The translations under genes were made by a program, and so were the position numbers. Source: an uncultured Methanosarcinales archaeon (lineage in GTDB: Archaea > Nanobdellota > Nanobdellia > Woesearchaeales > CAYPCY01). From it: 64,000 nucleotides of DNA. The DNA lies in contig CAYPCY010000003.1 in assembly GCA_964409385.1 (NCBI GenBank), positions 1,885 to 65,884 of the forward strand, read 5' to 3'. Positions 1-8,597 of this stretch are shown here, piece after piece (position 1 is the stretch's first letter; each line of letters begins with the position of its first letter). The notes under the pieces were generated by a model, which was given only the letters and a program-made list of their open reading frames with translations, ran no database searches and had not been told where the DNA came from.

Positions 1-3000
1 CAGGACAATCATCACTAGAATAAGCACCACAATCTATATTACCACTACATTCATAACTAGCAAACCTAACACAAACAAGATCTTCAATCTTATAAAATAC
101 AGATGCTCCAGTATCATCCCAGTTATTACCATCATACCACGCATGAGGCCAAAGCCGCCAAGCAGTATCATAACTCTCAAAATCATCAAACCCATATTCA
201 ATACAAAACTGTCTAGCAGTTAAAGCAACATATTCATGATCTGAAGGATTATAACCTAATATATCCCCCTGATATCCAGGATCTAAAAAAGTATAAGAAT
301 TAGAAGGAGAATCAGAACAATCACAACCAATAGGACAATTATCCTCAATTTGAGGAGGAGTCTCCTCCTCACAACAAGTTCCAGGATACTGACCACAAGC
401 AACATCACAAGTTATACCCTCTATAAAAATTCCAAGACATTCATCAACTTCTAAATCAAAAATACACATTTCTGGCCCGTCAGGGAAGCAACAAGCACCA
501 AGAGTAGGAATTTCATCATCACCATTACCCTCACCCTCAGGAGCAAAAGACAAGTCACAATCTTCACACTCAAAATCTAAATTTAATGCATCTTCAAAAG
601 GAAGAATAACAGAAGGACCCTCACTTTCACTCGTTTCACAATCATCATCCTGATTACAAGTATCAGGAATACCAGGTTCATTATCCATACTCCATTCACA
701 AGAATCACCCGCACAAAACTTATGACGACAATCCAAATTATCATAACACACGTCAGAACCAGAACCAGAAACTTCAACACACTGACCATTCACACAAGCA
801 GCATGCGTTTCATCACTCGCGCAAACACCCACGAAAGAACCTGAAGGACAAGAAGGACTACCAGAACAAGAACCATCCATAGAACACTCATTAAATCCTG
901 ATTCACAACCATAACCTTCATTATAAAAAACATCACAACCACTATTTATAGTTCCAGTACAAGCACCAGTCAAACCACAAACAGGAGAAACACAATTACC
1001 AACAGTATCATACGCTTCCTGACAAGTTATAGAAGCATCACCCTCGCACACTTCATCCAAACTACAAGACCCAGAACAACCACCAGTTTCAGAATAAATA
1101 ACACCACAAGCCACTGTAGGACTGCCCGTGCAAACCTCAGAAGTAGAACAAGAACCCCCACAATTTGCCATATCATCATCCCACATTGAACAATCCTGAG
1201 TAGAACCACCACTACAAACCTGCCCCAAATTCAACCCGCCATCAAAGAAGGAAAACCCATCAGAAGTACCAATCCAAATTTTACCATCCCAAAATTCAAT
1301 AGACAAAATATCATTGCTAGGCAATAATGAATTTTCAGTATTATAAACATTCCAAGAAGAACCATCAAAACTAGCAACACCATTAGTAGTTGCAAGCCAC
1401 AACAAATTAGAATCATCAACAGTTAAATCTAAAACAGTATCGCTAGGAATCCCAGAATTTCCAGTATTATAAACACTCCAATCACTACTCAAACCAACCA
1501 ATCCCGCATTAGTAGCAGACCAGACAACACCACCAACCTTCAAAACATCATTAACACCAGAACCTAACGCTTCATTATTAGAAGAAGTAAAACTAGCACC
1601 ACCACCAAACCTGGCAATAACCTCAATAAACTTAACAGAACTATCAGGATTGGCATTGAAAGAGAAAGTACAAGAACTAGAACTTCCAGGAAGATAAATA
1701 TTATTAGGACCTTCATCAAGACTACAAGATCCAGGACTAATATGCAAATTATCTCCGTTAATTCTATTATTCTCATCATCATAAGGAATAACAAAAATTA
1801 AAGAATCAGAATTATCGCTACTCCCTGCAAGAGTGAAAGAATCACCAGATTTAATATCATGAACAGGAATTCTCCTCAAAATAATCTCATTATTAGCTTG
1901 AACACTAACATTTCCATAATCAACAAGAATATTATTACAATCATCAGAATAACTATTCCAAGTCTGTCCAATAGACGCACAACTGTAAGAAATACTATTA
2001 CAAGTAGAACCACTAGCAAAAGAATTACAAGCTTCATCTCCTGAATTATACTGAAAACCAGCCCCTTCAGCCATTACTTGAGAAAAAGAAGCAGCATAAC
2101 TATTACTATTATCACCCCTAGAATTAAACCAAGTCTTAGGCTCATAATTAAAATTATAAGAATTACCGTTAGACTTAACAATCCTCTTCAAAGTCCACCT
2201 ATTAATATCCTGACCTAATAATGCAGAAAACTTCTGCATAGTACTAGTACCCGCATTCTTCTCATTCTCATTACATCCCGGACAGAAATAACCAAAACTA
2301 TCACTAAAATCAGCAATATACTCAATACCCTTACAAACACCAATATTACCATCAGAATCCATTTCAAAAGAACAAAAACCAGCACCACCATCAGCAGTAG
2401 TACACTCCTGCCCAACCTTTTCAAGATTCCAATCATACAAGAATAAAGAAGGATTAGACTCTGAAGAAGTCAAAAGAGCTCCCGAATTAGAAGACAGCTT
2501 CTTTAACTCACCAAAAGTACAATCTGAAAATGAAGCTCCCCCAACACCACCAATAACTTCTCTAACCGCGTTAGAAACCTCACCATCCCCATTTGAAGTA
2601 AGCCTACACTGACCAACAGTATCCGAATTAATATAAATTCTTTTTCCGTGAATGTCTTTTCTAGCTTGTTTTCTTCCCTCTTTTATACAACCTTGACTCC
2701 TACAAAGTTCCCAATTTCCTGATATATCACAATCAATTGGATCAAATGGATAATATTTGTATGTACAAGGAACAACTGCCTGATACTCATCAAGAGAAGA
2801 AACATCAATACTACCACTTAAAAAACTACAATCGTCATCACCAATCCCACCAGTCTCAAACAATTCAGCACAAAAATTTTCAATATCAACAGTTCTTAAA
2901 GAAGCCTTCCAAAAAGAATTAGTTCCAGACTTACAATCATCAACATTATTACATTCACAAATAGGCTCACAATACCTTTCCAAACAATAAGTCTCCAAAC

Positions 3001-3064
3001 CACCAGCCATTACAAAATTAACACTAACCAAAAACAACAACCCAAACAAAATCTTCTTAATCAT
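1..3064 (-). CDS. Large secreted cysteine-rich protein, 3'-partial (runs off the left window edge), with signal peptide, Reg_prop/Y_Y_Y-like beta-propeller repeats and Cys-rich C-terminal modules
   Basis: Absent from the supplied ORF track. Plus-strand triplets at positions 2-4, 5-7 and so on contain no tta/cta/tca from 2 to 3064, giving 1021 sense codons on the minus strand with no stop. ATG at 3064-3062 overlaps the upstream stop (ATGATTAA). N-terminus MIKKILFGLLFLVSVNFVMAGG. Repeats WSVYNTGNSGIPSDTVLDLTVDDSNLLWLATTNGVASFDGSSWNVYNTENSLLPSNDILSIEFWDGKIWIGTSDGFSFFDG. Confidence 0.8.
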   Translation of the reverse strand, partial: MIKKILFGLLFLVSVNFVMAGGLETYCLERYCEPICECNNVDDCKSGTNSFWKASLRTVDIENFCAELFETGGIGDDDCSFLSGSIDVSSLDEYQAVVPCTYKYYPFDPIDCDISGNWELCRSQGCIKEGRKQARKDIHGKRIYINSDTVGQCRLTSNGDGEVSNAVREVIGGVGGASFSDCTFGELKKLSSNSGALLTSSESNPSLFLYDWNLEKVGQECTTADGGAGFCSFEMDSDGNIGVCKGIEYIADFSDSFGYFCPGCNENEKNAGTSTMQKFSALLGQDINRWTLKRIVKSNGNSYNFNYEPKTWFNSRGDNSNSYAASFSQVMAEGAGFQYNSGDEACNSFASGSTCNSISYSCASIGQTWNSYSDDCNNILVDYGNVSVQANNEIILRRIPVHDIKSGDSFTLAGSSDNSDSLIFVIPYDDENNRINGDNLHISPGSCSLDEGPNNIYLPGSSSSCTFSFNANPDSSVKFIEVIARFGGGASFTSSNNEALGSGVNDVLKVGGVVWSATNAGLVGLSSDWSVYNTGNSGIPSDTVLDLTVDDSNLLWLATTNGVASFDGSSWNVYNTENSLLPSNDILSIEFWDGKIWIGTSDGFSFFDGGLNLGQVCSGGSTQDCSMWDDDMANCGGSCSTSEVCTGSPTVACGVIYSETGGCSGSCSLDEVCEGDASITCQEAYDTVGNCVSPVCGLTGACTGTINSGCDVFYNEGYGCESGFNECSMDGSCSGSPSCPSGSFVGVCASDETHAACVNGQCVEVSGSGSDVCYDNLDCRHKFCAGDSCEWSMDNEPGIPDTCNQDDDCETSESEGPSVILPFEDALNLDFECEDCDLSFAPEGEGNGDDEIPTLGACCFPDGPEMCIFDLEVDECLGIFIEGITCDVACGQYPGTCCEEETPPQIEDNCPIGCDCSDSPSNSYTFLDPGYQGDILGYNPSDHEYVALTARQFCIEYGFDDFESYDTAWRLWPHAWYDGNNWDDTGASVFYKIEDLVCVRFASYECSGNIDCGAYSSDDCP

Positions 3065-5576
3065 TGTATTCAAAACTTATCGTGTCACAAACCCCATCAG
3101 TCTTACCACAAGTTACAACATTGTTCAAAGTATAAACACCATACCCATAAGCAGGAGCTCCATTTCTTGAAAGTTTCTTTAAACTATATTGGTTATTTAC
3201 TGAAACATCCTTGTTAAAGTAAACCTTTCTAATCCTCTCCCTCTTTGAATAATCATCATAAATAAATAATTCTATATCATCAAGCTTATGCTGATAATCA
3301 ACAGCCCCAGCCTCGCAAGTAAAAGCATCACCAGCTATATAACCAGAATCATCAACTGCCGAACCAGAACAACCACCTCCCGAATTCCTACACTTAAATT
3401 GTTTGGTTGAAAAGTCAAAACTCCAAGGAGTCTTCCAAGAATGACTATTGGAAGAAGAACCATCCGAACTGTCAGAACCATAATAAACATAATCTTCATA
3501 TTCATTACTGGATGTTCTAGACAACATCCCTTTAGGTGCACTACTAGTATCATCTCCCCACGGTGCAGATTCTAAACTATCAAGTCTAGGAGAAGTAGAA
3601 AATTCAGCCTCTCCAAAAGGAGTAAATATTTTATGAATATACTCAACAGAATTAAAACCACCAAAGTAAGACTCATCAGCTTCAATAGTCCAACAATTAC
3701 CACCACCATCCTTTATTCCATTATCCCCAGAACAATCCGCTTCCATGGTAGGCATGTTTTCACCTTCTAAAGGTCCAAAATTATAACCACAATTACCAGC
3801 TAATCCTGACTCGTGCTCAATAATCCTATCATAAGTAAAAGAAATCCAAGAACCCTTAGAAGTATCATGGACAACTTCACAATTAGATGAACTATCACCA
3901 CACAAATAATCACCATTATCACTAATAACAACAGAACCTGAAGTTCCAGGATTTCCCAAACTCCTCTGACTCCCACCATGCTTAACCAAAGAATCCTCTA
4001 AAGGATTTAATTTTCCCCTATATTCAGGACCTAAAATTGCAGTTAATTTCCAACTAGTAACATACGGTTTAACAGTGAATTCTGAATGTCTATTAATATT
4101 ATCAGTAACAAACCCGTCCGCTTCATAACTAATATGAGTATAAGTATGACTTCCACTAATATAAGTCCAAGTCTTATCAAGAGCATCCTCATCCAAAGAA
4201 CCATAAACAAACCTACTACCTCCCAAATCAGTAACCACAAACATTTCAATAAGTCCAGAAGTACCCCTAAAATACTCAATCTTAGGATTATGAAATTGAT
4301 TACTTAAAATTCTAAAACCCTTAAAAGGCTCATAATACATATTTCCTCCAGGACCTCCAGAAATACTCCAAGAATCCTGCTTTCCAATATCACTCATACC
4401 AAACTGAATCTTAGGAAATTGGAAAACTTTAGACTTAATATCCGACACTCCATACAATGCACTCCTAGGAATGAAAACAGCATCAGGATTTGCAGTATCA
4501 AAAAAACTAAACCATTGATCCCGAACACTATTAACTCCATCATTAGATAATTTTGTAGGCTCTGAAAAATACTCATCAAAAGTAATATAACCAAAAGGAC
4601 TCTCTATAAAATCTCCTGCTGCAGTATTAGGATTATTAATACTCTTCCAATCACCACCAACCTGATAAGCAGGAAAACCTCTAACATAACCAGAAATAGG
4701 ATCAATACTACTTACCATGCCAACTCCAAACGTCAATATTGTCTTGTAATAATTAAGTTTAGCCCCTAACTTCACAAGTGCAATAACAACCTCATAAGTT
4801 TTTATAGCATCATAAGCCATCTTAGAAGCATATGCTGTAGCAGCCAATTCCGCAGCAGCCTTAGCACCATCATAATATGCAGTACTTACTAAATTAGCAT
4901 ATTCACCAAGACCTGCAGTAACTAATGATATTATTAAATTTTTAAGAGCAGGAAACAAAACATCCTTACCTAATTTTAATTTCATCACCCCCTCCCAACC
5001 ACCTTCTAACGCCGCCACAGTAATTGTTAAAGCTATAGTTAATGCGAAAGCAACATAAGGCAACATGGCTGCGAACGCAGTAGCTCCTGCTGCAGAAGTC
5101 AAGACTCCTGCAGATCCAGTCAGTGAAAGACCACCAGTTAAAATAGCTACTACAATAACAACAATAACAACAATAATCATAATAAAAACATCTCCCCACT
5201 TCTCCCACCAAGATCTTTGATCAGCAGTATTAGAAACATCAATATTATTCACATAAACAGTTTTATCCTCTTCAAATGCATAATCGTCAGGAACTCCACT
5301 AACAAGACGAGAAATAGAACCAACATCCAATCCCCAACCGAGACCAACCCAAGAAGAAGGAGAATAAGTTTTAATACCTGCACCACCAGTATAAGTTAAA
5401 CCAACACTTTGATGTAATTCATTCATTCCAGGAACTACAACAAGATTTTCTCCATAACTTAATTCTCCAAATTGATCAGACGCACTAGGACTTCCTGCAG
5501 ATACAGATTGTAAAAAAACTAAAGAAACAACTAGATAAACCATGAACAAACTTAAAAATTTTAATTTAGTGTTCAA
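3057..5576 (-). CDS. Secreted SpvB/TcB-N-terminal-like protein with an internal two-helix membrane insertion
   Basis: ORF track 3057..5612, whose first codon is TTG. The in-frame TTG at 5576 overlaps the upstream stop (TTGA) and gives signal peptide (M)NTKLKFLSLFMVYLVVSLVFLQSVSA; an alternative ATG lies at 5543. Motif GLTYTGGAG..WVGLGWGLDVGSISRLVSGVPDDY resembles the SpvB/TcaC N-terminal signature. Later VKPYVTSWKLTAILGPEY resembles the TcdB-mid region. Confidence 0.6.
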   Translation of the reverse strand: MNTKLKFLSLFMVYLVVSLVFLQSVSAGSPSASDQFGELSYGENLVVVPGMNELHQSVGLTYTGGAGIKTYSPSSWVGLGWGLDVGSISRLVSGVPDDYAFEEDKTVYVNNIDVSNTADQRSWWEKWGDVFIMIIVVIVVIVVAILTGGLSLTGSAGVLTSAAGATAFAAMLPYVAFALTIALTITVAALEGGWEGVMKLKLGKDVLFPALKNLIISLVTAGLGEYANLVSTAYYDGAKAAAELAATAYASKMAYDAIKTYEVVIALVKLGAKLNYYKTILTFGVGMVSSIDPISGYVRGFPAYQVGGDWKSINNPNTAAGDFIESPFGYITFDEYFSEPTKLSNDGVNSVRDQWFSFFDTANPDAVFIPRSALYGVSDIKSKVFQFPKIQFGMSDIGKQDSWSISGGPGGNMYYEPFKGFRILSNQFHNPKIEYFRGTSGLIEMFVVTDLGGSRFVYGSLDEDALDKTWTYISGSHTYTHISYEADGFVTDNINRHSEFTVKPYVTSWKLTAILGPEYRGKLNPLEDSLVKHGGSQRSLGNPGTSGSVVISDNGDYLCGDSSSNCEVVHDTSKGSWISFTYDRIIEHESGLAGNCGYNFGPLEGENMPTMEADCSGDNGIKDGGGNCWTIEADESYFGGFNSVEYIHKIFTPFGEAEFSTSPRLDSLESAPWGDDTSSAPKGMLSRTSSNEYEDYVYYGSDSSDGSSSNSHSWKTPWSFDFSTKQFKCRNSGGGCSGSAVDDSGYIAGDAFTCEAGAVDYQHKLDDIELFIYDDYSKRERIRKVYFNKDVSVNNQYSLKKLSRNGAPAYGYGVYTLNNVVTCGKTDGVCDTISFEYND

Positions 5577-6559
5577 CAATAACCACCCGGTTTCCAAGTA
5601 CAAACATTCCAAACATACATATTACTACTATCATCCATAAACATTAATTCATCTCCAGCCTGAACATTCAATTGCCAATTATTAGAAGAATAAATATCTG
5701 CAGCCCCATCCTTAAGATAGATTAAATCAGGATATTCAGCGCCCATTTTGTGAATGAACTGAACAAGATCTGTATCCGTCGCATCAGGCCCTAAAACTTG
5801 TCTTCCGAAAGTCCAAGCGTCACCAGCTTCATATGTTTCTGTAACCATCATAGGAATATCCTCAATAATAATATCTTCATCCAAAAATTCATCCTCATCT
5901 TGAACTGGAACGTAAGGTCTATCAGGTCTTTCACCAATACACGGAATTTTACTACCATCAGGACAAGTGTTTCTAATAAAACTACTAAAACTAATAATTC
6001 TACTAGTCATATCAACCAATGGCTGAATTAATGCTCTAGGATGAGCCATTCCGCCCGTTTTTATAAAATTAGGAGCAGAAGCTGCAATTAAAGGACCACT
6101 ACCAGAAACAGACCCTTTAGATCTAGCTCCTGAAGGCGCCTCAAATAAAGATTCTAAATTATAAAGACCAGGAACTTCAGGAGTTACCCTCCTATAAGGA
6201 TTATTTCCTGAAAAAGTATACGCATTCAATGTTTGAGGATCAGAAAAAGTCATTGAAGGCCTCGCAACCATAAACCGCCCACTATCTGGAGAATAAGGAC
6301 CATACAAATTAGAAGTCCACTCCCTAATTTCACTTTTATATTGTAAAGTCTCCAAAGTTTTGTAAATTCCCCTACCAAAAGGCAAGTAATCCTGAATATC
6401 CTTTAAACAAATACTATCGTTAAACATACTCCTAACATTATTAAAAGCATCAAGCTGATAATAATCAATACCCCCCTCGTCATGAACTTTAGCAATCAAT
6501 TGTTGATTAGACCTTAAGTAAGAAGTTCCTAAAGAAAGTGGTAGAACTAAAAAAATCAA
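5573..6559 (-). CDS. Small secreted protein carrying an RHS repeat-associated core followed by a roughly 190-aa variable C-terminal domain
   Basis: YYQLDAFNNVRSMFND..DYLPFGRG..NLYGPYSPDSGRFMVARPS..DPQTLNAYTFSGNNPYRRVTPEVPGL matches the Rhs core pattern (YxxDxLGS, PFG, RYYDPxxGRF, NxYxYxxNNP, DPxGL). The track start is TTG and the true start is uncertain, because the frame stays open upstream to 6625 with no ATG. Confidence 0.65.
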   Translation of the reverse strand: MIFLVLPLSLGTSYLRSNQQLIAKVHDEGGIDYYQLDAFNNVRSMFNDSICLKDIQDYLPFGRGIYKTLETLQYKSEIREWTSNLYGPYSPDSGRFMVARPSMTFSDPQTLNAYTFSGNNPYRRVTPEVPGLYNLESLFEAPSGARSKGSVSGSGPLIAASAPNFIKTGGMAHPRALIQPLVDMTSRIISFSSFIRNTCPDGSKIPCIGERPDRPYVPVQDEDEFLDEDIIIEDIPMMVTETYEAGDAWTFGRQVLGPDATDTDLVQFIHKMGAEYPDLIYLKDGAADIYSSNNWQLNVQAGDELMFMDDSSNMYVWNVCTWKPGGYC

Positions 6560-6579
6560 TAAAAATACTAATAAATACC

Positions 6580-7419
6580 TTATTTTGAACTCTTCAAAAA
6601 CTCCGATTCTAAACTTACCCCTCTTTTAACACTCACTAGTTCTGGAGCTAAAAGTAACTTTAAAAGTTTACTTTCCTCCCCCTTATTACTAAATATAACC
6701 TCTAAAGTATTATCTTTGTAGATGAAACTTTTTATATATTTTTTTCTTTTTATGTCATTAATTAGCTTAGGTCTTGACGAATACTTAGCAATAATCTTAC
6801 ATTCCTTAATCAAATCAGAAATTTTAACAATTTTCTTAACTTTGCCCTTATTCAAAATCAATGCAGTATCACAAAGTTCTTCAACCTCACTCAAATTATG
6901 AGAACAATAAATCATAGTCTTGTTTTCAGAAACTTTTTTTATTAAATCCCTAATGCTCTTTCCAACTTTAGGATCTAAACCAGAAATTGGCTCATCAAAA
7001 ACAAGAATTTCAGGATTTCCAATTAACGCCTGTGCAATTTGTAAACGCTTCCTCATACCATGAGATAATTTACCAATTTTAGTGTTTGCTTCAGAATCAA
7101 GACTTACCATTCTTAACAATTTAGAAGTTTCATTTCCAGAAACAGCATATAATGAACACATTAAATTCAAAAAATCAGAACAAGTCATTCCAACCTCCAA
7201 ACTAGAATCTTGAGGCATAACACCCAATTTTAATGATTTAACTCTTAAATTTCCAGAAGTCTTATGAACAAAACCTGAAAGAATATTAATAAAAGTAGAT
7301 TTTCCAGCACCATTCTCTCCAACAATTGCAAACCTTGAATTTTTAGGGATAGTAAATGAAACATTAACTAATGCTCTCCTCTTTCCATAATTCTTGCCCA
7401 AACTATTAACATTAATCAC
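6580..7419 (-). CDS. ABC transporter ATP-binding protein
   Basis: Walker A GENGAGKST, signature LSHGMRKRL, Walker B ILVFDEPISGLD, H-loop CSHNL. Confidence 0.9.
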   Translation of the reverse strand: MINVNSLGKNYGKRRALVNVSFTIPKNSRFAIVGENGAGKSTFINILSGFVHKTSGNLRVKSLKLGVMPQDSSLEVGMTCSDFLNLMCSLYAVSGNETSKLLRMVSLDSEANTKIGKLSHGMRKRLQIAQALIGNPEILVFDEPISGLDPKVGKSIRDLIKKVSENKTMIYCSHNLSEVEELCDTALILNKGKVKKIVKISDLIKECKIIAKYSSRPKLINDIKRKKYIKSFIYKDNTLEVIFSNKGEESKLLKLLLAPELVSVKRGVSLESEFLKSSK

Positions 7420-8165
7420 AAATCAGACCTCTCAATATTAAACCAGGATAACAAGAAAAAAGTAAATGAATAAATAATCAATTTGAAATAACTCAAAAAT
7501 TTATTGGAAGATTCTGCAAATCCAATATTAACATGTGAAAATATAGAAAGCCAAGATATTAAATCAATACTCCATGCAAAAATTAAGAATAAAAAACCAC
7601 CAAACCCAAGAACTAATGATAATGCTGAACTTTTCAAAAAAGAAGATAAGAAAGTATAGAAAGAAGCCAATCCTAAAGAATAAATTGAAAGATACAACCA
7701 AGGATGAAAAAATCCAGAAAAATTAAATGAAGAATCAAACTTGAAAACTAAAACAATATTAGTAATCAAAAAGAAAACTCCTAAAATAAAAAATAAAAGA
7801 AAGAAAACAGAAAGTATTTTAGACAATAAAAACTCAATTCTAGAAACTCGCAATAAATAATACCTAATATTATTATTTTGCCTATGTTCTGAAATAGAAT
7901 TATAAGATAAAATTAAAATTACTAAAGGTAAAAAAATTATTGAAAGAATGAAAGGAATAAAAATATTCAAACTGCCAAATTCATTCTCTAATTTTTCATA
8001 AACATCAACTCCAATATCCCTATCTTGAAGTTTTTCATTAATAGCATCAGTAATATAAAAACCAAAAAACATTGTTATAATTAACATTACAAGAGCAAGA
8101 ATCGCTTTCCACTCAAGAAAATAAGAAAAAAAATCTTTTCTTAACAAAACAAGAAATTTATTCAT
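7416..8165 (-). CDS. ABC-2-type transporter permease (multi-pass membrane protein)
   Basis: About six hydrophobic helices. The 4-nt overlap with the downstream ATPase gene suggests translational coupling. Confidence 0.6.
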   Translation of the reverse strand: MNKFLVLLRKDFFSYFLEWKAILALVMLIITMFFGFYITDAINEKLQDRDIGVDVYEKLENEFGSLNIFIPFILSIIFLPLVILILSYNSISEHRQNNNIRYYLLRVSRIEFLLSKILSVFFLLFFILGVFFLITNIVLVFKFDSSFNFSGFFHPWLYLSIYSLGLASFYTFLSSFLKSSALSLVLGFGGFLFLIFAWSIDLISWLSIFSHVNIGFAESSNKFLSYFKLIIYSFTFFLLSWFNIERSDL

Positions 8166-8505
8166 TTTTCAATTTCTTCCTCTGATAGAGCAAGTACATA
8201 ATAATAATCATTACAAGAACAATAATTATTGAAAACGCCAATATTAAAGACTTCCTAAGTTCAGGTTCTTTCTCCTTAAGCTGTTCCCTTACAGACACTT
8301 CAGGATCTTGCGCGTCAAGAAAACCATAACATGCAGCTTGCTGATCACCTTCTAAATTAGAACATGCATCAACACTTTCAGTTTCAGCAACAACCCTATA
8401 AACACAACGTAAATTATTACCACAATCATTAGCTTCAGAAGATGGCGAAGCAACTACTAAAAAAGAAAATAAAACTGTGAACAAAATAAACAATGCTAAT
8501 CTCAT
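8158..8505 (-). CDS. Small exported Cys-containing protein with C-terminal membrane anchor
   Basis: Signal peptide MRLALFILFTVLFSFLVVASPSSEA, a Cys-containing ectodomain, and a C-terminal TM segment ILAFSIIIVLVMIIIMYLL followed by a basic tail. Overlaps the permease gene by 8 nt. Confidence 0.5.
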   Translation of the reverse strand: MRLALFILFTVLFSFLVVASPSSEANDCGNNLRCVYRVVAETESVDACSNLEGDQQAACYGFLDAQDPEVSVREQLKEKEPELRKSLILAFSIIIVLVMIIIMYLLYQRKKLKNE

Positions 8506-8597
8506 AACCCCTCAACTTAATTGAACTGAATATTCGTATATAAAAGTTGTGATTTATTATCGAAAAAGTTTTTAAGTCAACAAAAACTCTTGAAATC

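Noticed and set aside
583-2436. Track ORFs 583..789, 1027..1212, 1231..1419, 1564..1794, 1859..2044 and 2215..2436, with L/V-rich translations.
   Set aside because: They are off-frame or antisense artefacts of the skewed composition. The uninterrupted 1021-codon frame (1..3064, minus strand), with its signal peptide and recognisable repeats, explains the region.
5577-5612. N-terminal extensions arising from non-ATG or distal track starts at 5612, 14609, 22147, 26726, 41175, 48949 and 51906.
   Set aside because: In each case, a downstream start removes an overlap with the neighbouring gene or exposes a proper signal peptide or N-terminal motif. Exact starts remain unverified.
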